This document shows, in pieces, positions 1-14,007 of a stretch of 64,000 nucleotides of DNA. Under the pieces are notes generated by a model. That model was not told the DNA's origin. It saw only the letters and a program-made list of their open reading frames with translations, and ran no database searches. The translations under genes were made by a program, and so were the position numbers. How positions within the stretch are numbered: the stretch's first letter is position 1; every line of letters begins with the position of its first letter. This DNA is from Octopus vulgaris (Eukaryota): positions 158,100,001 through 158,164,000 of the forward strand of contig OX597815.1 of the NCBI GenBank assembly GCA_951406725.2. The letters are read 5' to 3'.

Positions 1-962
1 TTGGTTGGTCCCTGGTTTGGTTCTGGTAGGTGAGATTGATAAGTCACAAAAAATGGCAAAATATCAGTATGGGATTTGAGGCAAGTTGTCTTGCTTGTTT
101 ATGACTTATCACCCAGTACTAAGAGGGAATCATTCTCAAGGTGCCATACCACAGCAAAGAAACAAAAAACATACATAAAGTATGTGTAGTTGATAATGTT
201 TATATATATATAAGAAAAAATGGGATTAAAAAATCCTGGTAGATATCAAGTAAGCAATCAGTATAAAGGAATATGGTTAAATTTCCAACAAGTAGATACC
301 AGTAAATGTATGTAGAATACAATTCCCAGGTATATCCAACAATCCTTATGCAGAATTTTAAGACATTCAGAATAATTAACAACAACTAATAAATATGTAT
401 GAAGAAAATCATATCTTTATTTTAGATCATACCCTAAAATCCCACAACTGTTTCAATTGCATTAATATATATATCATCATCATCATCGTTTAACGTCTGT
501 TTTCCATGCTAGCATAGGTTGGACAGTTTGACAGGGGTCTGAGAAGCCAGGAGGCTGCACCAGTCTCCAGTCTGATCTGGCAGTGTTTCTACAGTTGGAT
601 GCCCTTCCTAATGCCAACTACTCCATGAGTTTAGTGGGTGCTTTTTACATGCCACAGGCACAGGTGCCAGGGGAGGCTGGCAACGGCCACGATCAGTTGG
701 TGCTTTTTACGTGCCACTGGCATGGAAGTTAGTCAAGGTGGTGCTGGCATCGACCATGTACAGATGGTGCTTTTAACGTGCCACTGGCACAGGCGCCAGA
801 GGAGGCTGGCAACGGCCACAATCGGTTGGTGGATTTTACGTGTCACCAACACGGAGGCCAATCAAGGTGGTGCTGGCATGGGCCACATACGGATGGTGCT
901 TTTTACGGGCCACCAGCACAGGTGCCAGGATAGGCTGGCAACATGCCACCGGCACAGGTGCC

Positions 963-1230
963 GAGGCGCATGGCCTAGTGGTTAGATCAGCGAGCTCGTG
1001 GCTGAGGGATCATGGGTTTGAATCTCAGATCAGGTGATGCATGTGTTTATGAGTGAAACACCTAAGCTCCATGCAGCTCAGGCAGAAGGTAATGGCAAAC
1101 TTCTGCTAACTCTTTCACCACAACTTTCTCTCACTCTTTCCTCCTGCATCTAGCAGCTCACCTGCAACGGACCAGTGTCTCATCCAGGTGGGGAGCCTAT
1201 ATGCCACTGAAAGTGGGAAAACAGCCCTTA
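963..1230 (+). mobile_element. tRNA-derived SINE family D (second copy at 24866-25128)
   Basis: A-box tggcctagtggtt and B-box gggtttgaatc; body shared with 24866-25128. Confidence 0.8.
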
Positions 1231-1725
1231 TATAATTTATATATAGTTGAATTCACCTGTTTTTACTTGTAATATAGCTACTTTGAGACTAAAATTATAC
1301 AAAAGATTTGTTCAAGAGCTTTTTGATGAATTGTGTTCTAAAAATCACATTAATATGTTAATAGAGAAAAAAATTCAAGTCGTTTTATGAAACCAGTCTA
1401 AATTTGTGATGGTATTAGAATTTCACTGAAACACATAAGGGGTGTATTTTTGGTTAGAAATATAGCAATGAAAGGGTTCAAAATATTTTAACTCTAATAA
1501 AATTGCAAATCAAATAATGTGTAATATGTGGTTGTGAAAATTAAAACTTGTTAAAGACTTCCATCCTATCCATTGAGATATTTGATTTGTGTCAATTATA
1601 GAAACTGGAATCATGTATGATCCAAAAGAGAAGGGATTCTATGAAAGGACTAACTTAAATTTATTCATAAAAGAAGTTAGCAAAAATATAAAAGGAAAAA
1701 TGTATGAAGAAAAAGCATTACTTAC

Positions 1726-1752
1726 AGGTGGGCCACGTGGACCAACCGGACC
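1726..1752 (-). CDS. Collagen exon, 27 bp: GPVGPRGPP
   Basis: Acceptor ttttattttatag, donor gtaagt; 3 triplets. Confidence 0.93.
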
Positions 1753-1920
1753 CTATAAAATAAAAGTATTTAAAATTTTTTAATCAGTAAAAGATTTCAG
1801 CCTCAAGGCTGAAACATATAAAAGAATAATATAAATTTGTCAATAAAATATCTTTGCACACAGTCACGCAGTCTGAATCATTATTGTTTAAAATAAACTA
1901 ATATACTGACTTTTAAATAA

Positions 1921-1967
1921 AATCTTACCTGAATAAGAGACAAATGAAGGAAAGATGTAAATTAGTA
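1921..1967 (-). promoter_or_regulatory. Candidate recursive splice site (branch point, polypyrimidine tract, CAG|GTAAG)
   Basis: Minus strand reads TACTAAT ttacatctttccttcatttgtctcttattCAG|GTAAGA, with the junction at 1929/1928. Confidence 0.55.
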
Positions 1968-2958
1968 ACTGATATTAAATATACATGCTGATACATGATA
2001 TATCAGCATGCTTCTCAACCATTTGGTTTGCAGTTCAATCCCATTGCATGGCACCATTAAGCAAGTGTCTTCTATGATAGAACCAGGCTGCACAAATCCC
2101 ATCACAAATATATGGTGACACGTAAATGATGGTGACATGTAAAAGGTACCCATGACGATGACAGATAAAAAGCACCTGTGATGGTGACATATAAAAGGCA
2201 TCCATGACAATGATACGTAAAAGACACTCATGCTGGTGACACATAAAAGGTACCCACTACACTCTTGGAGTGGTTGGCATTAGGGAGGGCATTCAGCTGT
2301 AGAAACCAAGTCAAAATCAGACTGAAGCTTTGTACAGCTCTCTGGCTTACCAGTTCCAGCCAAACTTTATTTGTTTTCTTTTCATATTGTATATACTTCA
2401 ATTTTTAAGACGTTTCCAGTGAACCAATCACTTATTTTAACCCATTTTGTTTAAATGGTAAGAGTGTCAAAGGAGCATCTTTGCAACTCAAAACAAATGT
2501 CACAAAGTATTTTTGTTGCAAAACACCAATTTTATCAATTTTTTACCAAATGTTTATGGCTTTCATTGAAAGCACACACACACACACACACAGTTACACT
2601 TAGCTACTGCAGAGTGTCCAAATATCAAATTTCACTCAAAAGGCATTGCTCAATACAAGGCTATGGTAGAAAGACACTTGCCCAAGGTTCTGTGTAGCAA
2701 GATTGAACTTAGATTCATTAAGCTGCAAATCTAGCTTCTAAACCACATTGCAATGGCACTATTAAATACTGTATTTTTTTTCTTTGAATGATGTCTTTTC
2801 AATAACACTGTTTTATTTACACTGTATTAAAGAAATGTAAATATTACACCTTTTCTATTATAAACAGTAATATTAAAAAAGTTTTAATTATTTGATAAAT
2901 ACTAAATTTCTAGCAAAGTTTTAATAAAGTTTGAATAGAAATAAAATAAAAATATTAC

Positions 2959-3057
2959 TGGTTCTCCTGGTGCACCTGTTAATCCATCAAATCCTGGCAG
3001 ACCAGGTGTGCCTTTAGGACCTGGGGGACCAGGACGCCCTGCTTCACCTGGTTCGCC
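2959..3057 (-). CDS. Collagen exon, 99 bp: GEPGEAGRPGPPGPKGTPGLPGFDGLTGAPGEP
   Basis: Acceptor aacttttag, donor gtaata; 11 triplets. Confidence 0.96.
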
Positions 3058-4607
3058 CTAAAAGTTTAAAATGGAAATAAAAATTGTATTTAATTTTAAA
3101 ATATAAAAAGCAGTAGCAGAAATATGGTTACTTAAAATAATGAATATAATACAGGTTGTTTTAATGTAATATTTAGTTCTGTATGTTTTTTTGTTTTTTT
3201 TTACCTAACACAACCCAGTAATGAAAATGAATAACTAATTGTACGTGCAGAAAGAAATGGAAAGAAAAAGTTGAAAGAAGTAAACTAGAAATAATGAAAA
3301 TAAAAATATAGCGATTGTTAGGAAATAATGTCTAATGATTGTATTAAAAAAACAAATTATTCTGATTTGGCACTTCTAAATTATATAGGAGATACAGAAA
3401 AAAACAATGAACTGCATTATGATTGTGGTCTTGAAGAAAATTCTCCCAACTGGTTAGGATTCATTATTTGATTGTTACAATGTATATAAATCTTATACAG
3501 TAAATAAGAATTGTAATGGTGCATATCTAGTAATATAGTAGAAATGATTATAGTAATAAATTTCATTATGGAAATTTGCCTAAAGCAGATGTAATCATGC
3601 AACACAAGTAAGCTACATGCTTTGAATAAATCTGTTTATTCTAACAAAATGTTTTGAAAGAACAATTTGGGAATGTTTTGAAAGTTTAACACAAATAAAC
3701 ATTTACATGCATTTAAATGTAAAACAATAATGCAAGCACTAAGAAATAAAAAAAATGCTATTTAAACAATAAGAGGAATTTTAAAATTCCTGTCTATGCT
3801 GCATCCTAAAGCCGGAAAAAAGTGCAGGAAAAAAATGATAAATTTTGCTTATCAAATAAAAAAGAAATCACCTATTTGTATATTGCTTCCATGAATGAAA
3901 TCTAAAATGGTCTTCTAGTGATGTAAAAGCTTAATTTGAGGATTCAAAGGAAAAATTCCTGCATAAAAGAACTTTGTAAACTCAATTTAATACAAATTTA
4001 TCATTCCATGTCCATATTGTAGTGATATAGCTTGAACTGTGCAATACATCAGCTGTTTTGCAAATTTAGCTATTCTATTTCACTTATGTGATATTAATAT
4101 AGCTTTTGGAGATATAGTAAAATTATGTCTTCCATTTTACTTTCTGCAATATTAATATGGTGACTATTTGGTAGTATAGATTTATCAAAATGTCTGGTTA
4201 TCTAGTGATGAGAACCCTTCAATGGATGGGACTATAAAGCTAGAGCAAATAGAGTAACTATTTATATTAACAAGTGACAACTAGTATAAGCAACAGCTAT
4301 AGCAAGAGCAGTCAAAAACCTGTGATGCCCTACTTTAGCCATAAAGCTGGAACCGCCTCAACAAATGTTTTGTTTTAAGTTTTGAATTAAAATCTTCTAT
4401 GAAACCTTAGTCATAATTTTTGTTCCTAACACTATCTTAATGATAACTAAGTTATTTTACTAAATTCTTTGTTATATTTAAAATTAATTGAAAGAAACAT
4501 AGAGCATCTCAAAATAAATATGGTAATGACAGTGTTAAAATAACAGTTTTATTATTAAAAAATCATGGCTAATTAAAACCTATACTGAATATATACATGT
4601 GTGTGTG

Positions 4608-4658
<51 letters not shown>

Positions 4659-4660
<2 letters not shown>

Positions 4661-5747
4661 TAAATAATGTGAGTTTTTTCAATTGCATGAACTTAAAGTT
4701 GGAGGGGGATGGGATAAACTACCTGCATCAACTTGCTATAAAAGCTGGTAGTAATTTTACCTTGTACTTATTCTTAGTGCAAGCTTTGAAGAGTGCAGCT
4801 CGATTTTAACAGGTATTTTTTCAAAGATATAATGGAAGTGACAAAGGAGCATATTCGGTATATTTTGCTTTATGAGTTCAATAAAGGCAACAACTCGATG
4901 GAAAGTGCAAAGAATATTAATGCAGTATATGGGGATTGAACAATGAGTGTAAGCCAGTGTCAACGGTGGTTCCAGAAATTCCAAGTTGGAAAAGCCAGCA
5001 AATTGGGTCAATGGGTTCCTCACAAACTTGCCGAGTCTAATCGTGTGCAAAGAGTGAATGTATGTTCTTCCTTGCTGTCACGTCTCATGAATGAACCTTT
5101 TTTGGATCAAATGGTGACTGGTGATGAGAAAGGGGTTCTCTATAAAAATGTAAAGCACCAAAGACAGTGAGTAAGGAAAGGAGAAACACTGGCACCCCAG
5201 GCTAAAGAAGGTCTTTACCCATGTAAAGTGTTATCTGGTGGGATATGAAAAGTTTAGTCCTCTTTAAAATTTTAAACCCAACCAAACGATAACAAAAGCA
5301 CCTTCAGTGGCTTAAGTCAGCACTAGAAGGAAAACGACCACCTTTGGTTTCAAGATGAAAGGTTTTCTTCCATCAGGATAATGCTTGGCCACATACAGTG
5401 AGGATGACATTCCAAAGGTTGGGGCAGTTTGAATGAGAAACGCTGCCCCACCCACCATATTCGCCAGACATTGCCCCATCTGATTATCATTTATTTTGCA
5501 GTCTTCAAAATCATTTGGATGGGAAAAAAATGAATTCTGTAGATGAGGTCAGAACAGTACTGGAGGAGTATTTTTTGTCACAGACAAGTGAATTTTGGAA
5601 GAGGGTCCTTGCAAGTCTACCTGATAGATAATAAAGCATTGTAGAAAATGAAAGAGTATATTTTAGATTAAAAAATAACTTTGTTTATCTTAATTTTGAA
5701 AAATAAAAGAAATATAAAAAAACTGCATTATTCATGGAATGACTCAA
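4659..5747 (+). mobile_element. Decayed mariner (DD34D) transposon
   Basis: Broken ORF with motifs WVPHKL, VTGDEK, HQDNAWPH and HPPYSPDIAPSDY. Right TIR ends ..tgactcaa-TA; left TIR is truncated. Confidence 0.93.
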
Positions 5748-5844
5748 TATATATATATTTATATTTAAATGTCATGGTTAATTAAAAGCTACGCTGGATA
5801 TATATTTTTTTAAATTTCTAAAATCAGTTAAAATATCTATTTAC

Positions 5845-5916
5845 CTTTAATTCAATAATTCTTAATTCTGCATCTTCCCCAAGAGCACCTGGTAAGCCTT
5901 TGGGGCCACGGTCTCC
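5845..5916 (-). CDS. Collagen exon, 72 bp: GDRGPKGLPGALGEDAELRIIELK (5 triplets plus interruption)
   Basis: Acceptor tattgttag, donor AAG|gtaaat. Confidence 0.9.
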
Positions 5917-7290
5917 CTAACAATACATGCAAAACAAACTGAAGATTAAAACATGCACTTTCATTCTAGATAAATGTTCCTTGTGTTAAGACTAAAGCAG
6001 AACTTAAAATAAAATAAAATAAAATAAAGAAATGAAGAAAAATAAATGCAGTAAATATTTTCCATCATGCTTGCTTTTGAGAAATATGAATCTGAAAGTG
6101 GAAAAAGATAGTAGCATTTAGTTGTAAATTAACTCATTTTCTCACCTTGTTTTGTAATTGTTTATCCATAAGTTAGCCTTAAGTGAACAAAATTATGATA
6201 AAAGGCATGTGAGCCATGTCATCCTATATTTTATTCAGATGGTGTCATTTTTGTTTAAGACAAAAGCCTATAACCCAAGGAAAATTCAGCTGCTATTTCA
6301 AGTAAAAAAACTAAAACCTGCTAGATACATTATCTTTATAGATATTTTGTTGGACTCAAACTAACATCACATAAAATTGTGAATCCTGCCAATTTTTGGA
6401 TAGCATAAAGAATGTACTTCAGAGTAACTATCAGTGACTAAAACAACCTTTGCTACCCTCACCTCCATGTAATATGTGGAAGTTGGTAATCTATTCATGA
6501 AGGATAGCTAAAAGGTATGAGAATGAGTCTTCCCAGAATATGGAGAGAATCATCATGATGACTATGTTTTTTTGCTTTCTTGACATTACAATGATGATGG
6601 ATAGTGATGGTAAGCCCATCAGTAACCAGACATTGTCTTCCATAGCCTACTGATGTCACAAGTATCTGTAAATGAAATTAATATTTATTGTGGTTAGATT
6701 ACTATGAAACTTGTACTTTTATTAAGAACCTGTAATCTGAGCTTACAAGCTCTTAATTAGAAGTACAGTTAACTTCACAATGGAAACCAATAACCACCTC
6801 TACTACTTAGGGCAAATGAAAGAATATAATGAAAACGTACAACAGCTATTTGACAAAATCACCTGAATAGAATTTAAGTGAGATATGTAAGGGGATTTCA
6901 AGATGATTGCCTTTTTGCTTGGTTTACAGGGTAGATATGCAAGATGTTTATGCTTTCTTTGTTTATGATGAAGCAGGTGTGTTAGTGATCATTATCATTA
7001 AGTTCACTGGGCCTCCATAGTAGGAATTACAGCCAAGAAAATTAAATGCAGTCAGGCAGCCACCTGTGAGACCTAAAAGGTTTTATTACCCTGAACTTTA
7101 TACAAAACTAGAACTAATAGAATATCTAGTAAAAGCCTTAGAATTTTGAGGTGTAGCTTTTCAAAATCCATTGTATGAACTGAGAGCTCTCTGATGCCTA
7201 GATCAAAGTTGGTATGTTTGGTGGACCTCTAGTAAATGCTGTGCTGAAGATAGGAAAAGTTGAAAGAAACATGCATGCATGCATGCATGC

Positions 7291-7331
<41 letters not shown>

Positions 7332-7891
7332 ATGTATGTTTCTTTCAAGTTTTTCTAACTTCAATACCACATGTCGATAATTAGAAAGAAAATGAGTTGA
7401 TTTAGAAGCTACCTTTTTGAGAAATAAAAGTGCAGTTGTAAGAAAACATGCAAAAATCTGAGGATCTAAGCACAAACCTTAATGGTTATAACTTCATATG
7501 TAGCATCCTAGAAAAAAGTATATCATTATTAATGTGCAATTAATAATACAAACAGAATTGTGAGAAATTAATGTATCACATCTAGGAAGAAAGAAAGATA
7601 ATATTATTTAAATGTTAATAATGATGTAAATACTTAGAAATTTCATATACTGCAGACCATTTTTTTGAAGATATTTACAGAGGCAACATTACAAAGTGAA
7701 ATACACTCTGTTATTGAAATATAAAATTAATTAATACAATAATAAAAGATTTTAGTAAGATGGATTTAATTTCAAATGACATTCTTTAACTAAGTGATGA
7801 CAGAATTATTTTGAAATAAATGATATTGATATAAATTTAAACCATAAATTTATAAATAAGAGAGTTTAAGAAGCGGGTTAGTAACAAATAC

Positions 7892-7942
7892 CTTTAGATG
7901 GATTAATCCATCTTGAAGTTTAACTGAACGCTTCACTCCTGT
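7892..7942 (-). CDS. Putative non-collagenous (NC) exon, 51 bp: TGVKRSVKLQDGLIHLK
   Basis: Acceptor tttttcctttttag, donor AAG|gtattt; open, phase 0-0, and fits between the collagenous exons. An alternative CAG acceptor lies 4 nt downstream. Confidence 0.7.
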
Positions 7943-9466
7943 CTAAAAAGGAAAAATATATATTAAATGGCAATTGTTGCAACTTCCTTTATATAAACAG
8001 TTTATATCAAATATTGAATTTTCAGTTTTGTAGACCATACATGTATTTATATATTTTATACACTGATACAAATTTTGTTTATTCTAGTTTTTAACATTTT
8101 TTTAAGCTGCAGCCAGGTAAGTCAATTGAATGGCTGAAAGATCACTATCTTGTTAACTGTACTTCATTGTATTCACAATCAAGGCAGTAAATACACAGGT
8201 AAAATATGATAAAGTTAGTCATACATGCAGTATATAATTGAAACATCTTCATTAACTCACAGTGCTGAGTTCAAAACTCCCATGAGTTTATTCTAAAAAA
8301 GTAATGGGTTTCAAAAAGCTGATGTAATTTAGCTATATTACATAAAGACAATGTGTCTAGGTGCTGCTTCTTTGGCCCTTTGGATTTTGGGGCTCATACA
8401 CATAATTAAGGATTAAAGCTACAGTTTTTTAAAATATTTGAGTGATTTTATCCAGTTTAATTGTAAATAAAGCAGAAGTAATTTAATTTTCAAAATCCAA
8501 CTTGTATATTGATAAATAAAGGAACATTAAGGTTATTATGAATATATCTGTATAGTTTGAGTTAATATTTAAAATTTTTTAATATGGAGCTGAATATTAA
8601 CATAGGAAAGTATTTGTTCTAAAGTTTGAAATTAAAATATTGAAACAACATTTAATATTAAAAACAACATCACCATTAAAAAATAATATTGGTTTTAAAA
8701 AGACATGAAGTTTTAGGCAAACATAAAGGAGTGTTTTGTTTGATGACCATAAACCCAATGTTCCATGTTCATGTATTTTTTCAAAATATAAACTGAAAAC
8801 TGAACCAGGAAATCATTGAAGAGCTTTTGTTGTTTTGCCTTTCAATGATTAATTTGGTTTGTAAGCTTTAATAAGCAGATTTAGAATTGAGATAATACAA
8901 TAACAATAGTTGTGATTATGAAAATAATAATACCTACAAAAGAAGATTCTTAAAAATATTCTTAATTCACATTGGTTTGAAGTTATTGATGAGCAAAATT
9001 TATGAATTATAAATTTATTTCAATTAAGTTTTTTTTACAGTCCTTTTTTTCATAATCACATATAATACTCTAATATTTCTGAAGCCTATATGTCAATTTT
9101 CTACTTGACCCAACTTAATTTGCATAGACCCTGTTTAATAAAGTTTTCTGTTTAGCTGGATTGTTGCATTATTTCTTAGGAATGATCTTGTATTAATAAT
9201 TAATAATATTCCAAGATAATATATTTGTTGACATATTGTCTTATTTGTCTGTATTGCACAAAAGGTCTTTTTTAAGTAGCAATTTTGAGATTTCCTTTGC
9301 ACTCTATCTACAAGAACCCCGAATTGTATTGGAATGATGTTTTGTTGATCACCAAAAAGTTTGCAACAAAGTGTATTTATAGGAGTTTAACTCATCATCA
9401 ATCATCACATTAGGGTCATTTCATCTTCAACAGATTTAAAAGTATGGTTTTTCATTTGATAAGAAG

Positions 9467-9965
9467 TTGGAATTAACTCATCCCAAATTTACATTTTCTA
9501 TAATTAACCTTGGGTGTACCAATGGAGTTAATGCTAAACAAGAACATGACAAACAATCTTCTAGTTCCGCTTACATTTCTCAACCAAATAAGAAAAGAAG
9601 ACTATCTTCAACCTTATTTGTAATTTCTCAGCCAAAGAAAAAAGGAAGATGTTCTTTGTGTGGCCCCAAAAAAGACAGGAAAACTCGTACTACATATAAG
9701 AATTGTAATATCCATGTTTGCCAAGAACATTCCAATGTTGTCTGCATTCACTGCCATAAAGAGCTGTAATTCTGTATTTTTGTAATGTTTAAAATTTAAA
9801 ATATATTCTGTAAGCTGTATTTTTTTTATTAAAATTAGTGAGAAACAGTAATTCTTTATTCATCTGATGGCATTTATAATGTAACTAAGAAATAGTGGTA
9901 GTTTGAATAAAATTTGATTAAAAGAAAAATATTGGGTCCATTAAACCCAGTTGGTAATTAGTGAC
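9467..9965 (+). mobile_element. piggyBac transposase C-terminal cysteine-rich domain remnant plus 3' end
   Basis: KGRCSLCGPKKDRKTRTTYKNCNIHVCQEHSNVVCIHC followed by a stop; terminal-like gggtccattaaacccagttggta near 9933-9960. Confidence 0.75.
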
Positions 9966-11767
9966 ATGTATTTTCTCTGGTAGATTGTTAGCCTTGAATG
10001 TCAAAGTAATCAGGAAAAAGGTAATTATTCATTAAATTAATGACTGTCTTTAATGAAAACACAGAACCTTATAAAATTCTGTTATTTTTAATGAGAAAAT
10101 AATTTTAATATTAATTTATTAAAAACAATTATCAAAACTATAAATTAATCCATAATTCATAAATTCCTTGATGATACCACATAATTTTAAAGATCATGTT
10201 AGTAAACATGTTAGTAGAACAGTTATATAAAATAATCACAAACTAAAAATTAAGTCATACTGAGAAAGCAGCATAATTATGAATAAAACAGAAAAAGTAT
10301 CCAAAGAGGAAATTTTTCCAGTAAAAACTAAATATTAGTATTGTACTTTCCAACACATAATTATAGAACATAAAGTAATTCATAAACCTTTTCTACTATA
10401 GGCACAAGGCCTGAAATTTGGGGGAGGAGACTAGTTGGTTACATCGATCCCAGTATTGTCTCACTGGTACTTAATTTACTGACTCCAAAAGGATGAAAGG
10501 CAATGTTAACCAAAGCGGAGTTTGAACTCAGAATGTAGGCGGCAGACTAAATACTGCTAAGCATTTTGCCTGGTGTGCTAACAATTCTGCCAGCTCACTG
10601 CCTTAAAGTAATTTATAATGTCATAAGAATGAAAACGAAAAGTTAATTTAATATTCCTCAATTAAATAAAGAACAATAAGTGAACCAATATTTATCCACA
10701 AGAAATATAAAGAAAATTTAAATTTTAGCATTACAATAATATCAAACTGATATTCTGATCTTAATACATTATAATTCTTATTATATTATAATACCAATTC
10801 TAATTCTTTATTATTTTAAAGTATTATAAGTATTTTACTTGATGCCAGGTGTAAAAATACATTCGAGTGATGCTTTTGCATTGTAATTTGAACAAAAGCT
10901 GTCAAAATGAAATAATTAATGAATGCAATAAAAAATAAAAGAAAGCTTCTTCAATTAAATACATTCAACATTCTGCAGTAATCACTTAGTTCAGGTGGTA
11001 TAAATTATACACGTGACTGTCTGATGTTTCTATCTCCTTAAAAAACCTCACAACTCATTTCCACTGTTTTATATTTATTTACCAAATTTATCAAACTTTG
11101 TAGCTTTTCAGGTATTTCTTGGCTTTCACCAGAACCCATTATTTTTACTATGAAAGGAAGCTAATTTCACTCCATGAAAGGATGAGATAATATTTATAAA
11201 CAAGATATTTTATTTCAGATATTGTATGTATCTACTTTTAATCTTGTATGTCCAATTAAAATCTAAGTCGAGTGGACAACTGAAATTGTCTGAATTATGT
11301 CAAATTTATAACCCACTTAAAATCTAAAACCAAAAGCTCTGTGGACAAACCAACCATCAGAAAACTAAAATTAAGTACCTTAATTGTATTCAATTATTCA
11401 TTTTCATTTCATTCCAAAATAGGAAAATAGAAAAGTTGATATATTTGAATTATAAACTATGATTTTATCACAAGAGTAGATTAGACCCAAATTTCAAAAT
11501 AGCCAAAGATTTTTGCTGGAAAGTACCTACATTGTTTAAAATTGAATAAATAAATAAATAAAATAGAAAGTGCATTTAATTTTCATTTTCCTTTCTAAGA
11601 GATATTGTGTTAAAAAGAAAAAGAAAAAAATTCAAGTGTGATTATTTTAATGAATGGAAATTTTCAGTTATGAACAGAAGAATGAGATTCACTATTAACA
11701 AATCTTGAGTAAAGATTCATGATTTGTGAAACAGAATACTGCAGAAACATAGTCTGTAATCAACAAC

Positions 11768-12230
11768 CATCTCCTAGAATTACAATACTGTGTACACAGT
11801 ATTGTAATTCTAGTAGATGTTTAATATAGCTAAATAAATTCTTTTTACTTAATTAAAGCACAGAATTTATTGAACACCAACAAGTAGGGTTATTTTGTTA
11901 TTAAAAACATTTTATATTTAAAAACATATTGTTAGATACTCTGCTGTTGTGCATTTGACATACAATGTGTTCAGATGTAGGGTATTATTACTGCACTATT
12001 GGTACAGAGAAGTGTATCTGTAATGTAAATATTTTGTATATTTTCATAAATAAATTAATCTAACTTTACTTAAACTAACCTAACATTAATGGCATGTTAA
12101 ATTAAGTTAGGTAAGTTTAGATTCTTGAAAATATACAAAATATGTGCCTTTGATAATGTATTTCAGCATTTTTTTAGTAGACATTCTTTTCTTACCAAAT
12201 TAGATTAAAAAATTTATTTTGCTATTAACA
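11768..12230. repeat. Perfect 40-bp palindrome (11774-11813) next to a degenerate palindromic MITE-like element (inner hairpin 12029-12143)
   Basis: ctagaattacaatactgtgt|acacagtattgtaattctag; atattttgtatattttca / tgaaaatatacaaaatat. Confidence 0.7.
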
Positions 12231-12306
12231 TGCATGCATGCATGCATGCATGCATACATACATACATACATACATACATACATACATACATACATACATA
12301 CATACA

Positions 12307-12337
<31 letters not shown>

Positions 12338-12799
12338 CTAGTTTTGAATGGAAAGAGGTTGCTCTTTCACAGGGATGATTTTATCCAACTGTACACCGGT
12401 TTAACTCTATATCGATTAATTTTTCAGGAATTTGTTAATTTGTGTTAGTATTGGTATTTATTGGTGGTTCTTCTTTGACATCAGGCTCCAGTTGTTGTCA
12501 TAGATGTTTTCATCTATCTGATATAGGAGAACAGAATTTTAGTAGTATGATATAAAGAAAATGGAGAGTGTGAACAGAAAAATCAACTTATTTATATGAT
12601 AGTCAATTTCATGTCCCCTATCTATTCCCCCTTAGTGGAATTTAGATCGGTGTTTTAGAGGCTGGCTGCCACTCTTCTCTCTACTCACTTGTCAAAACAA
12701 TGAAAAATAAAAATATATATATTAATGAGTATCCAAATCCATTTATTTATTTAACTTCTACTTATTTAATTGTGAAAATTTCTATTTTTTTTTATCTGC

Positions 12800-14007
12800 T
12801 TCTTGTTGGATTCTCTGGTGCTAGATGAGGCTATTGATCTCTCAAGTATGTCACAACTTCTCATGTTTATTTGTGGTCTTAATTTAGACTTTCAGATCAT
12901 AGAAGAGTTGGCATCCATTTGCAGCATGCACAGAATAACAATTGGAGAAGACATTTTCATGGAAGTGCAGAAAACTGGAATCAGCTTTGATGTGTTACAG
13001 CTGATGGAGGTAAAAACATGGTTGGAGTGAGGAAGAGTCTGGTGGGGCACATCAGGACTAATCTGGAAGATTCTCAACTCCTGAGTGCTCTGCTTACACA
13101 CTGCATTATACATCAGCAAGCACTCTGTGGGAAAGACAGATATTTTTTACGTACTGAAACCAGTTGTTTCTGCAGTGAATTTCATTCGGAGTCGTGCACT
13201 TAATCACTGCCAGTTCCAGGCTTTCCTTGAAGAAATTGACTCCTAACTCTGTGACTTGCTTTATCACACAGCAGTAAGGTGGCTCAGCAGTGGTAAAGTC
13301 CTGTTTCATTTTTACAACTTTCGAAGAGAGATAGATATTTTTCTCACTGTGGAGCAGATCCACTTCTGTCAGATCTGATCTGGTCGTCAAAATTGTCATT
13401 TTTGGTTGTCATCACATTCTACATGAATGAATTGGACTTGAAACTTCAGGGGAAGGATAACCTTATCTATGATTACTTCAGATTCAGCCAAGGATTTCAG
13501 AGAAAGCCATCATTGTTTGAAGCACAACTGGAAGGAGGAAACTTATCTATTTTCAGTGTCTCAAAGAGTTTTGCACTGGAATCACAGAAGATGTCACCTT
13601 GAGTTTCCGAAGAAGATTATTCATGGTTTAAATAAGTATATTTTGGAGAGATTTTCAGATCTCAACAGAATTTAGAGTGACATTCTTCTGATCCAGAATC
13701 CATTTGATTGTAACCTTGATGATGTGCCAGTTGAACTACAGTTGGTGCTCATTGATTTGCAAGCAAATGACTTGTTGAAAGAGAAGCACAGAGAAGGAAA
13801 ACTTGTTGAATTTTATCACTGCTTACCTGACGATGAGTTTTCAAATTTGAAGAAATTTGCCTCTGGTATGGCATAAGTGTTTTGAACAACTTATGTCTGT
13901 GAAGTCAACACATTGAATGAGGTTCACTGATGAACATTTGAAAGCAATTCTCTTGGTTGGATGCAGCAATTCCAAAGCTAAATGCCAGTTTCACAAATCT
14001 CACTAAC
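12800..14007 (+). mobile_element. Decayed hAT (Charlie/SPIN/GTF2IRD2-like) transposase
   Basis: Fragments LDEAIDLSSMSQLLMFI, HCIIHQQALC, HTAVRWLSSGKVL, NELDLKLQGK, LQLVLIDLQ, TTYVCE and the terminal QFHKSH*, with many stops and frameshifts. Confidence 0.9.

Noticed and set aside
963-1035. tRNA-like sequences (also at 24866, 46018 and 63079)
   Set aside because: A/B boxes without a complete cloverleaf, continuing into shared SINE bodies.
1589-1783. Plus-strand ORF containing GPRGPTGP
   Set aside because: Antisense shadow of the minus-strand collagen exon 1726-1752; the splice signals are on the minus strand.
8096-8121. Plus-strand micro-exon-like signal (ttttaag-ctgcagccag-gtaagt)
   Set aside because: Isolated, with no partner exons or antisense gene evidence.
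11083-11147. Possible extra minus-strand exon (KIMGSGESQEIPEKLQSLINL)
   Set aside because: It needs a phase-1 upstream partner that I could not find, and has no collagen similarity. The same applies to a 60-bp candidate near 10839-10898.
12340-12520. Minus-strand segment reading QLEPDVKEEPPINT.. as a coding remnant
   Set aside because: Interrupted by stops, with no clear splice sites or recognisable family.
13827-13950. CTGACGA/CTGATGA..GAAA motifs (also 60168-60174, minus)
   Set aside because: They lie within transposase or RT coding remnants (for example the YADD codons) and lack supporting stems.
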